Origin: a virus
Taxonomy: Duplodnaviria; Caudoviricetes
Virus record (IMG/VR): IMGVR_UViG_3300012682_000011
Span: 1 to 31,420 of that record
DNA: 31,420 bases
Reading direction: 5' to 3' (one strand)
Shown: piece after piece, positions 18,484-25,664 of the stretch
Layout: each line of letters begins with the position of its first letter
How positions within the stretch are numbered: position 1 is the stretch's first letter
Made by a program: the position numbers and the translations under genes
Notes under the pieces: model-generated
What the model saw: only the letters and a program-made list of their open reading frames with translations
Told to the model about the DNA's origin: nothing
Databases searched by the model: none

Positions 18484-18511
18484 TTGACAGAGCCGTTCTG
18501 TATGATACTGT
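18484..18511 (+). promoter_or_regulatory. Main early promoter with operator
   Basis: TTGACA-16-TACTGT with extended -10 TGn; AGAGCCGTTCT at 18489-18499. Confidence 0.65.
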
Positions 18512-18719
18512 TAGTGTATTAGCAACGAAGGCAACAAGCCAGCTTGACAATTCGACCCCATGCCCTCTAACTCGAAATGGTCCAAGAGGGCTCCAATTCA
18601 TTCGTTCCTAGTGAGTCACTTCGTATTCATAGCTTGCCCCTCCTTTAAGCTAGTGAGTGCACCAGCGAAGTGGCTCAGTGGGTGTGAACCCAAAGCATAT
18701 AAGCATAAGCACAAGTACT

Positions 18720-18851
18720 ATGAGTGAAAAGAAACTCACGAAAGTTTGGTTAGTGATGTTAGTTGGCCTGTTTAGCATCTTCTATATGATGCCTGACAGT
18801 AACTACAGTAAAAACCGCTGCATCCAACTCGCAATGGAGTGTGCACGATGA
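18720..18851 (+). CDS. Small membrane peptide (MSEKKLTKVWLVMLVG...), 43 aa
   Basis: ATG at 18720, one hydrophobic helix, ATGA coupling to the next gene. Confidence 0.6.
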   Translation: MSEKKLTKVWLVMLVGLFSIFYMMPDSNYSKNRCIQLAMECAR

Positions 18852-19027
18852 TTACGAGCTACAGCGACCAGGCCGAAGATCAGACATTACTCAAAATGGA
18901 GCACGAGGCAACAATGAGCCCAGATGACGAGTATGTAACCGTTATTTCAAAGGGATTACATATTCTCATAAGGAAATCGTTGACACATTCACATCACACA
19001 CTAACAAGCATTACATACACGATATGA
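18848..19027 (+). CDS. Hypothetical protein
   Basis: ATGA overlaps at both ends. Confidence 0.55.
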   Translation: MITSYSDQAEDQTLLKMEHEATMSPDDEYVTVISKGLHILIRKSLTHSHHTLTSITYTI

Positions 19028-19737
19028 CACCAACCACTAAGGAACCATCTGGAATTTACGCTAAGCTCCTCGCATTCCAAAGACAGGGGTTAGCCGTTAA
19101 AAAAACCTCCACTAACCCAGCATTTAGAAGCCGTTACGCTGATTTAAATGAAGTGTTAGAAACGATAAAGCAACCCTTAACTGAGCTAGGGGTACTCATT
19201 GTCCAACTCCCTACTAATATTGGCCTTATTACCCGCCTCATTGACGTTGAGGATGGCTCGAATATTGAAAGCTTCCTCCCCTACGTTGATACATCCACCG
19301 CCCAGAAGTTAGGAGCCAATAACACCTACAATAGACGCTACGCATTAGTTACCATGCTTGGCCTGGAAGATGAGGACGATGACGGCAACACTGCTTCCTC
19401 CCCTACTCAGAGCGCGCCACAGCGACAATCTGCACCACCTACTCCCAAACAAATAGAACTAGAGCCCTTACCTAACCCAGACTTTACTCCGTCACAAAAT
19501 ACGGGTAGTTGGCAAGCAGGTGAGGTGAGAACCGTAACTATGCAAGTGTACGGCAAGGAAGAAAAGACCAGTAAGAATGGCTCACCATTTGCTGAGCTCC
19601 AAACTGACAAGTTTCAAAAGATCGTAGCATTCAAGAACACGATGGAGAAAATAAGCATAGGAGATGAAATTTCAGCCGAGGTTGAGTGCAAAGAGTTTGG
19701 CGGCAACCTCTCCTACAGTATTACTCGATTATATTAA
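19024..19737 (+). CDS. erf: ERF-family single-strand annealing protein with a C-terminal OB-fold-like domain
   Basis: KKTSTNPAFRSRYADLNEV, AQKLGANNTYNRRYALVTMLGL..EDDDGN hallmark ERF motifs. Confidence 0.9.
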   Translation: MTPTTKEPSGIYAKLLAFQRQGLAVKKTSTNPAFRSRYADLNEVLETIKQPLTELGVLIVQLPTNIGLITRLIDVEDGSNIESFLPYVDTSTAQKLGANNTYNRRYALVTMLGLEDEDDDGNTASSPTQSAPQRQSAPPTPKQIELEPLPNPDFTPSQNTGSWQAGEVRTVTMQVYGKEEKTSKNGSPFAELQTDKFQKIVAFKNTMEKISIGDEISAEVECKEFGGNLSYSITRLY

Positions 19738-19746
19738 CAAGCACCC

Positions 19747-19872
19747 ATGAATAACACAGAGTTTCTCACCAAGTTTAAGAGCGTTGTAGAGAAAGCCCAT
19801 ACTGAGCAAGAAGCACCCGATGAGTTGCTAGAGCACTTGTTCAAGACCTACTGCCGAACGGAGGAAGTATGA
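19747..19872 (+). CDS. Hypothetical protein, 41 aa; not in the track
   Basis: CCC-ATG context, ATGA coupling. Confidence 0.6.
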   Translation: MNNTEFLTKFKSVVEKAHTEQEAPDELLEHLFKTYCRTEEV

Positions 19873-20138
19873 GCATTGAAGAAGAGATCAGTAAGAAATT
19901 TGCAAGTTATACACCAGTAAATGAGATGGCCGAGTACGTCCGTTCCAAACTGCGAGAGGTGCTAGATAGGATTGAAACCCATCGTATTGACGATGTGGAA
20001 TCGAGGAGGATTCAACGAAAAATTCTAATGGGGTACGGGAATGAAGAAGCTTTAATTAGAGTCGGTAAAGTTGCACAGAACATGATGAAGGAAATAATCA
20101 CCATTCGCAAAGAGTTAGACACAAAGGAGCAGGAATGA
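19869..20138 (+). CDS. Hypothetical protein
   Basis: 89 aa, GAGGAAG upstream, ATGA coupling. Confidence 0.65.
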   Translation: MSIEEEISKKFASYTPVNEMAEYVRSKLREVLDRIETHRIDDVESRRIQRKILMGYGNEEALIRVGKVAQNMMKEIITIRKELDTKEQE

Positions 20139-20315
20139 ATACATCTGAGCATCGTAAGGTAAAACAATTTGCTGATAAAATTCGACCAATGCTTGTAGCA
20201 CTGGTAGCAGAAGCAAAGATTGAACAAGGAAATGTTGATTACGCCATAGATGCTACTATGAGCCTTGTTTTAATAGCAGCTTACGGAATATTCAAAGAAA
20301 AGGAGCAGGAATGAA
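20123..20315 (+). repeat. 17-bp direct repeat AAAGGAGCAGGAATGAA at two consecutive gene junctions
   Basis: Exact copies at 20123-20139 and 20299-20315. Confidence 0.85.
20135..20314 (+). CDS. Hypothetical protein, 59 aa (MNTSEHRKVKQF...); not in the track
   Basis: AAGGAG SD, ATGA overlaps at both ends. Confidence 0.7.
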   Translation: MNTSEHRKVKQFADKIRPMLVALVAEAKIEQGNVDYAIDATMSLVLIAAYGIFKEKEQE

Positions 20316-20916
20316 CGATGAACTACTGATACTCATGCGAAGTGTGGAGGCTATGGGTCGACACAAACACGCCAAAGACGGGTTGATTGCCCGCACCCCT
20401 GGCGTTGAACCAGAAGAAGCAGCAAAGAGAGTTGAAGAGTACGCAGCCTCTAGGTGTGCAGAGATGCTAGATGAGATTAAGACGGAGGTTGATTCACTTG
20501 ACTCTAGGTTAGATGAGGGAGATGTAACGTCTTACGAAATTACTAACGCAATCGACACCATAGCCAGAAAGAAGGATAGGATGGAACACCTAACAACTAA
20601 CCTGGAGCAATCGAAACTACTCAAGGAGTGGGGAGCACCGCAGAATACCGTTTATTTTTATGGAGACGGAACGCTGTACATGGGAGGCAAAAAACCGCCT
20701 GAATCGTATGTATTTGGGAAGAAAGAATATTGTTCAGCCTACACACTCCAAGAGCTTATAAACTGGCTAGGAGATGATTTTATTGATATAACCCACAATC
20801 GTGTAGACCCTTACTACTTTTGTTACTACGCTAGGGAAGAAAAGATGGTTCAGGGTTCAACCCCACTAGAAGCCGTCTTCTTACTTGCACAAGCCATAAA
20901 GGGAAAGGATACATAA
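20311..20916 (+). CDS. Hypothetical protein, possibly two fused genes (internal start at 20581)
   Basis: 201 aa; AAGGATAGG-ATG precedes MEHLTTNLEQSKLLKEWG. Confidence 0.65.
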   Translation: MNDELLILMRSVEAMGRHKHAKDGLIARTPGVEPEEAAKRVEEYAASRCAEMLDEIKTEVDSLDSRLDEGDVTSYEITNAIDTIARKKDRMEHLTTNLEQSKLLKEWGAPQNTVYFYGDGTLYMGGKKPPESYVFGKKEYCSAYTLQELINWLGDDFIDITHNRVDPYYFCYYAREEKMVQGSTPLEAVFLLAQAIKGKDT

Positions 20917-20993
20917 AATATTGTCTAATGATACATAATAATTTCATATTACAGGTTTAAATGATACATAATTTAAGTACCTATGGAACATAA
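20908..20993. repeat. AT-rich tract with three GATACATAA copies
   Basis: Copies start at 20908, 20930, 20963 (spacing 22 and 33). Confidence 0.7.
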
Positions 20994-21050
20994 CACTACT
21001 GAGATCTATGCTTTTAAACTTTAAACCAACCTAACCTAGAAAGGAGACCA

Positions 21051-21203
21051 ATGATTGACACAATAATACCCATTCGAGTAATCCCTAGAGAGCGCAGTAC
21101 CTTGTTACCCGTAACCCTTATGCTACTCGCACAAGCCGCAATCTGGTTTGTAGCAGGGATTGAATTTATCAGGCTTAATTCACCGTTACTTACTAATTAT
21201 TAA
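21051..21203 (+). CDS. Small membrane peptide, 50 aa; not in the track
   Basis: AAAGGAG SD, one hydrophobic helix. Confidence 0.65.
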   Translation: MIDTIIPIRVIPRERSTLLPVTLMLLAQAAIWFVAGIEFIRLNSPLLTNY

Positions 21204-21214
21204 TACTACTCATT

Positions 21215-21355
21215 ATGGACTACTCATACGCAATTCTTCTACTAGGCATCTACATCATAAGCAAGCAGTTTGACCGTACCATTCAGCTTATAATTGGTGC
21301 TGTACTAGTTGTTATAGGACTACTGCTACTAGGCACTATTAACCTCCCTCGATGA
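21215..21355 (+). CDS. Small membrane peptide, 46 aa; not in the track
   Basis: MDYSYAILLLGIYII...LIIGAVLVVIGLLLLG; ATGA coupling. Confidence 0.65.
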   Translation: MDYSYAILLLGIYIISKQFDRTIQLIIGAVLVVIGLLLLGTINLPR

Positions 21356-21483
21356 ACCACTTTAATACGCTAGTTAAAGAATGGATGCACTTTACCTTTC
21401 ACCTTACCCTCCTCCTGCTTGTGCTCTCTGTATCTGCTATCTCGGTAGCCGTTATTATCCGTGATGTAATTACTGCCCTATGA
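21352..21483 (+). CDS. Small membrane peptide, 43 aa; not in the track
   Basis: LTLLLLVLSVSAISVAVII; ATGA overlaps at both ends. Confidence 0.65.
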   Translation: MNHFNTLVKEWMHFTFHLTLLLLVLSVSAISVAVIIRDVITAL

Positions 21484-21719
21484 ATGACCCCACACTACCC
21501 ATAAATAACCGCTACCACGCTTCATACCTTAGAACTATGTGGCCTGAGCTCTTTTCCCACAAGCGAAAGGTAAGAGGAGAGTTGAGGTATCACTTTAAGG
21601 AGCCTAATAAAACTCAGCAGATTATTGATGATCTATACCCCAACAGCCTGTTTTTCCAGTACGCTAGCAACCTCAACGAGTTTATAGAAGATATTAAAGA
21701 CCCTAATTTAGAAGCATAA
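21480..21719 (+). CDS. Hypothetical protein
   Basis: 79 aa, CCCT-ATG. Confidence 0.65.
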   Translation: MNDPTLPINNRYHASYLRTMWPELFSHKRKVRGELRYHFKEPNKTQQIIDDLYPNSLFFQYASNLNEFIEDIKDPNLEA

Positions 21720-21728
21720 GCATACCCC

Positions 21729-22022
21729 ATGAAACCTAAGCAATCCTATGAAGACTACCTTCTCTGGTGTGAGCAGCAAGACGCTAAGCTAAAAGTTGAA
21801 CGCCAGATTAACTACCTCCACAAATACGAAGCATTAAAAGATAGAGTACTAACCCAAGCTGAGAAAGTAGTCAAGCGTTACGAGAAGAAGCGAGGCCGTA
21901 AGCCCGAAGAGTTCGACTTCTGTCATAAGCTAGCCTGTGATGCAGATTTTAGACACCACCACCTACTTGCTGTGAAGTTTCATCAGGTAGTGAATGATGA
22001 TGAGTTTTGGAATAAGTATTAA
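21729..22022 (+). CDS. Hypothetical protein
   Basis: 97 aa, CCCC-ATG. Confidence 0.7.
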   Translation: MKPKQSYEDYLLWCEQQDAKLKVERQINYLHKYEALKDRVLTQAEKVVKRYEKKRGRKPEEFDFCHKLACDADFRHHHLLAVKFHQVVNDDEFWNKY

Positions 22023-22040
22023 GCAACCTAATGAGTCCCT

Positions 22041-22331
22041 ATGAATGAAGATTTGAAAACACGCATTGATGAGTACATGAGTGAAACCGAATTTTTAGAC
22101 CACAAGAACCGCCTACTAAAAGACAACATCTTGGACAGGTTCTCGCAGTTCGTGGAGAGCGAGTGTGAGAACATGGTGCGCTACCACCATTTAGAGATGG
22201 AAACCACGAAAGAGTACTACGAGGATAAGCTGAAGAGCTTGCGAGTAGAAGTTAGTCTTATGGAGTCCCCTATAATTCCAACCCGACACGCTGCCCCACC
22301 AAAAGTACGAGCAAAGAAGGGGAAACGATGA
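22041..22331 (+). CDS. Hypothetical protein
   Basis: 96 aa, CCCT-ATG, ATGA coupling. Confidence 0.7.
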   Translation: MNEDLKTRIDEYMSETEFLDHKNRLLKDNILDRFSQFVESECENMVRYHHLEMETTKEYYEDKLKSLRVEVSLMESPIIPTRHAAPPKVRAKKGKR

Positions 22332-22669
22332 AAGCTCCAAAAACCCACAAAGTCTGTAAAGCCTGTGAGAGAGAGAAACCCATAGAAGAGTACTACATGC
22401 AGGGTAAGTATCGAGCCGCAAAGTGTAAGAAGTGCCATCAAATCTATCAAAAAGCTTGGCAAGAGCGTACAGGGTACATTATGCCGAGCCGAAACCCCAA
22501 CCCTGGCCCTCAAGGGTTCGCTAGTTTATCCCCTGAGCGCAGATCGCAAGTCTCCCGTTTAGGGGGTCATGCTGTGGCTATCAAGGGAACGGGACACCGT
22601 TTTACAACTGAGACCGGAAGAGTAGCAGGGAAAAAAGGTGGCTTGGTTAGAAAGAAGAATGAAGCATGA
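22328..22669 (+). CDS. Zn-finger protein fused to a KGG (YciG/Con-10-like stress) motif
   Basis: CKAC...CKKC followed by GFASLSPERRSQVSRLGG...HRFTTETGRVAGKKGG. Confidence 0.8.
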   Translation: MKAPKTHKVCKACEREKPIEEYYMQGKYRAAKCKKCHQIYQKAWQERTGYIMPSRNPNPGPQGFASLSPERRSQVSRLGGHAVAIKGTGHRFTTETGRVAGKKGGLVRKKNEA

Positions 22670-22812
22670 CTACCTTACGCTACTACTTAAAACAGTTATT
22701 GGGTATCCGCCCTCAATGCCCCAACTGTGACACTCCTATGATTCCAGTATATGGATGGGATAAAATTACCTGTGAGAGTTGCCTATTTACCTGTCATAAG
22801 TACGATGCCTAG
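22666..22812 (+). CDS. Small Zn-ribbon protein, 48 aa; not in the track
   Basis: CPNC...CESC; ATGA coupling. Confidence 0.7.
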   Translation: MTTLRYYLKQLLGIRPQCPNCDTPMIPVYGWDKITCESCLFTCHKYDA

Positions 22813-22843
22813 GTCTGCTATACTTAACCATAATCAACCCATC

Positions 22844-23029
22844 ATGCTCACCCTTGAACAACAGATCAAGCAGATCATCGACCAGGAATACTCGAAGGCG
22901 GACTACCGCTACTATGACGTGGTCAAGCCTCTTATGGCACTATTTGAAAACCGTAACTCTCTGGGTACTACTGATGCTATATCAAGGGATCAGGTTCCTA
23001 GTGGTAAGCGCGTTCGATCTCGGTCCTGA
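22844..23029 (+). CDS. Hypothetical protein (MLTLEQQIKQII...)
   Basis: C-rich start context; extended -10 TGCTATACT about 20 nt upstream; 3' part overlaps the next ORF. Confidence 0.5.
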   Translation: MLTLEQQIKQIIDQEYSKADYRYYDVVKPLMALFENRNSLGTTDAISRDQVPSGKRVRSRS

Positions 23030-23108
23030 TGCTGTCCCCATTCGCTACGTCCTCATTCCTGCTGGAGTGCTGGGCGTAGTGGGGTTTATCTATAACCTAT
23101 TTCAATGA
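22914..23108 (+). CDS. Small two-helix membrane protein (probable start MTWSSLLWHY)
   Basis: Two hydrophobic segments; ATGA coupling to 23105. Confidence 0.55.
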   Translation: MTWSSLLWHYLKTVTLWVLLMLYQGIRFLVVSAFDLGPDAVPIRYVLIPAGVLGVVGFIYNLFQ

Positions 23109-23272
23109 ACTACATACTGATCTTGGGCTGGTTCTTTATTATCATGCCTGCAACGATTATGTTTGTTACGCTGTGGAGGGATAAAGATTTTCGCCCTTAC
23201 GCCTATCTAATGCTGGGCTTTGTATCATTACTTCTTGGCGTTTACCTTATTAACAATGCTCTAAACTTTTAA
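23105..23272 (+). CDS. Small two-helix membrane protein, 55 aa; not in the track
   Basis: MNYILILGWFFIIMPATIMFVTLW...YLMLGFVSLLLGVYLI. Confidence 0.7.
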   Translation: MNYILILGWFFIIMPATIMFVTLWRDKDFRPYAYLMLGFVSLLLGVYLINNALNF

Positions 23273-23276
23273 CCCT

Positions 23277-23675
23277 ATGGAACTAAATGATACAAAACAA
23301 TCACCCAATAAAATCCAAGTTACGTACAACGGCTACTTTATGTGGACTAGGGCAAGAATGGGGAATATTATCTTTGCTCGACAGATGGCTAGACCTGAAC
23401 TTCTTGAGAAAGAGATCAATATAGATACCCCTATCCTAGTAGGTTATGAAGGTGCTATTGGAGAAGATTTAACTAAGATACTCGATGAAAGATCAGAGCT
23501 GCAAGAACGAGTAAAAGAACTTAACTCCCAGGTAGAAAATTACGAGGACAAATACTACAAGTCCATTGATATTGTACGGGAAATGCAACAGCGGCTTGAG
23601 CATCTTGAATTTCTAGCAGATCGTCAGCCCCGTTTTGGCTGGAAACCTAGCAAACCTGAATCCATAACTGAATAA
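23277..23675 (+). CDS. Hypothetical coiled-coil protein
   Basis: 132 aa, CCCT-ATG. Confidence 0.7.
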   Translation: MELNDTKQSPNKIQVTYNGYFMWTRARMGNIIFARQMARPELLEKEINIDTPILVGYEGAIGEDLTKILDERSELQERVKELNSQVENYEDKYYKSIDIVREMQQRLEHLEFLADRQPRFGWKPSKPESITE

Positions 23676-23676
23676 T

Positions 23677-24021
23677 ATGCCCCTACCCTACCCACCTGAC
23701 CCCAATAAAAAAGATGGAACCTCGATAGTCGAGTATCTGGTACAGCTCCACAAGTATTTAGAGGAGAAAGATTATTCATCATCTCACCGCTTCTTGACCA
23801 ATACGAAGGTACAGCCTGCCCCTTACTCTAACTCCCACATTGAGGGAGAGGATAGCACTGTAGCTGTGGGGACGGTTGTACCCCATGGGACTCCTGACCC
23901 TGATACGGGCATGAGTCCAATGGTGCGAATCAAGCGAGTCCACGGCTGGGACGCTATAACAAGATCAGCTTATGAAGAACAACTTACTGTAAAAGAGATA
24001 GACACAGAAGATAAGGCGTAG
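23677..24021 (+). CDS. Hypothetical protein
   Basis: 114 aa, abuts the previous stop. Confidence 0.65.
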   Translation: MPLPYPPDPNKKDGTSIVEYLVQLHKYLEEKDYSSSHRFLTNTKVQPAPYSNSHIEGEDSTVAVGTVVPHGTPDPDTGMSPMVRIKRVHGWDAITRSAYEEQLTVKEIDTEDKA

Positions 24022-24033
24022 TACGCTTGAGCT

Positions 24034-24387
24034 ATGCAGCAAACCCTCTCACCCGTTCATTTAGAGCAACTTGACTTCCGTGGGGTCTGGGAATTAACCA
24101 TGTGGTCAATGCGCTACCGTTCCAACGAAGTAGTGCGAATCACCGTTAAACGCCAATCTCCCCAAGGCAACGACACCAATATTCAGGCTCCTCTCTTAAC
24201 GATAGGCCAACTTATTGAATTTCTGCACCAGTGGTACGCTATTGACCTTTCTATTGGAAAACCCTGCATGGTTTCTTTGAAGCACATCTCCCCTATGGCC
24301 ACCAAGCTTCCGGTAGTCTTTAATGATGTTGACCTCCTAGAGGTGCTCTGGGCTGCTACCTACGCTATGCTAGAAACCTACCCATAA
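24034..24387 (+). CDS. Hypothetical phage protein (PLLTIGQLIEFL motif)
   Basis: 117 aa, operon-like spacing. Confidence 0.7.
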   Translation: MQQTLSPVHLEQLDFRGVWELTMWSMRYRSNEVVRITVKRQSPQGNDTNIQAPLLTIGQLIEFLHQWYAIDLSIGKPCMVSLKHISPMATKLPVVFNDVDLLEVLWAATYAMLETYP

Positions 24388-24393
24388 ACGCTT

Positions 24394-24594
24394 ATGAACG
24401 ACTATGAGCCCACAAAACAAGACAAGGTTATTGCCTGGATAATGCTGGCTATGATCGTCTTTACGGTGGGATTCATTTGGCGTATCTGGCCTACTGACGC
24501 AAGCAATCAGGTTACGGTTGAACGTGTAGATGAAGAATTTATCTGTCCCCTCTACCCCGTTAGTCTCTGCTATGAGGGACTACATGAAAAGTAA
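24394..24594 (+). CDS. Small single-pass membrane protein
   Basis: VIAWIMLAMIVFTVGFIWRIW helix. Confidence 0.7.
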   Translation: MNDYEPTKQDKVIAWIMLAMIVFTVGFIWRIWPTDASNQVTVERVDEEFICPLYPVSLCYEGLHEK

Positions 24595-24616
24595 TTAATT
24601 AACCTAAGTACATCCC

Positions 24617-24736
24617 ATGACAACCCCAACACCAGAAGAACAGCTACAGTCTCTACAGACAACAATCACGGTTGACGATTTTGAGTTAGGTAAGGCTTGT
24701 GACCGGACTGATGAAGCTTGTGAATCCTGCCAATGA
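24617..24736 (+). CDS. 39-aa acidic peptide ending ACDRTDEACESCQ (RNR C-terminal tail-like); not in the track
   Basis: CCC-ATG context; ATGA coupling to the next gene; terminal CxxC. Confidence 0.7.
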   Translation: MTTPTPEEQLQSLQTTITVDDFELGKACDRTDEACESCQ

Positions 24737-25233
24737 AATCAACTGCCCTCAAACGAAAAACCCCGTTAGTTTCTAAGTCTGCCCTTACCACAAAGAAACC
24801 ACTGAGGATTGGAACCACATTAAAAACCAAGCCCAAGAAGGCTAAGACTGTGAAGCGAGAAAAAGTGAAGAGTGCTAACTACCTAAAGAAACGCTGTGAC
24901 GAACTATGGCGTACATACATTAAGCGTGAGGGTAAGTGTGTATTTTTGGGAGTAGCTGGAATGGGGGACTGCAAGGGGCCACTTAATGCCGCTCACATCA
25001 TTAGTAGACGCTACGCTAGAACACGCTACAATCCTCGAAATGCTGTTAGTTGCTGTGTCCGTCATCATTGTTGTTTAGATGGGAAAATAGAGCCCGTACA
25101 TGTTGCCCGTGAGCACGTTGAGAAACTACACCCAGGCATTTATGCGGATATGTGGGCACTAGCCCAAACCCCAACCCCAATGAAACGAACTGACTGGGAA
25201 GACATACTAAACCAACTAAAACAACTTACATGA
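24733..25233 (+). CDS. NinG/Rap-like HNH-fold nuclease
   Basis: Basic N-terminus, KKRCDELWRTYIKR, LNAAHIISRRYARTRYNPRNAVSCCVRHH. Confidence 0.75.
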   Translation: MKSTALKRKTPLVSKSALTTKKPLRIGTTLKTKPKKAKTVKREKVKSANYLKKRCDELWRTYIKREGKCVFLGVAGMGDCKGPLNAAHIISRRYARTRYNPRNAVSCCVRHHCCLDGKIEPVHVAREHVEKLHPGIYADMWALAQTPTPMKRTDWEDILNQLKQLT

Positions 25234-25400
25234 CCGCAACACAGCGAGATCAATTAATACTCGAATCACTAACAGAAATACTAAAAGCTGTCGTAGCCAA
25301 GCACCATCCGTTCTCACCAAAACGCAAAACAATCATTCAATTAGTAGATAGGCTGGAGAGTGCCATCAATGAGACAGAGGAAGAGGCTTCACACACGTAA
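25230..25400 (+). CDS. Hypothetical protein, 56 aa; not in the track
   Basis: ATGA coupling; last early gene. Confidence 0.6.
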   Translation: MTATQRDQLILESLTEILKAVVAKHHPFSPKRKTIIQLVDRLESAINETEEEASHT

Positions 25401-25603
25401 GAGAGCGTCCCCTCTTCAAACCATGAGAGTACCCCTCTAACCTGATAGATCAATTGAGAGAGGGGGAAAGTGGGAGTGGGCGAGGGTGATCTACTCTGAT
25501 TTATGCCTCTACCGTCAAGGCATTAACGAAATGAGCCAGAGGACGGTGGGGGAGTGGTGTTTTGGCTATTGTGATAGGTGCTCAATCTATGTTACAGTTG
25601 AGC

Positions 25604-25664
25604 TGGTTCATGTGACATTCCCTCCATGACCACCCTGGATGCTCCAACTCATTCGGGGTTTTTT
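25604..25664 (+). ncRNA. Candidate sRNA of about 60 nt (hairpin with C-rich loop plus terminator)
   Basis: TTGTGA-18-TACAGT (extended -10) upstream; TGGTTCATG/CATGACCA stem; CCCTGGATG/CATTCGGGG followed by T6. Confidence 0.5.

Noticed and set aside
17975-18601. Minus-strand ORFs 17975-18190, 18244-18426 and 18392-18601
   Set aside because: They cross terminators and promoters or are antisense to the better-supported 18257 gene
20927-20993. Canonical dif site
   Set aside because: Only one arm resembles XerD and the spacer is 9-10 bp rather than 6
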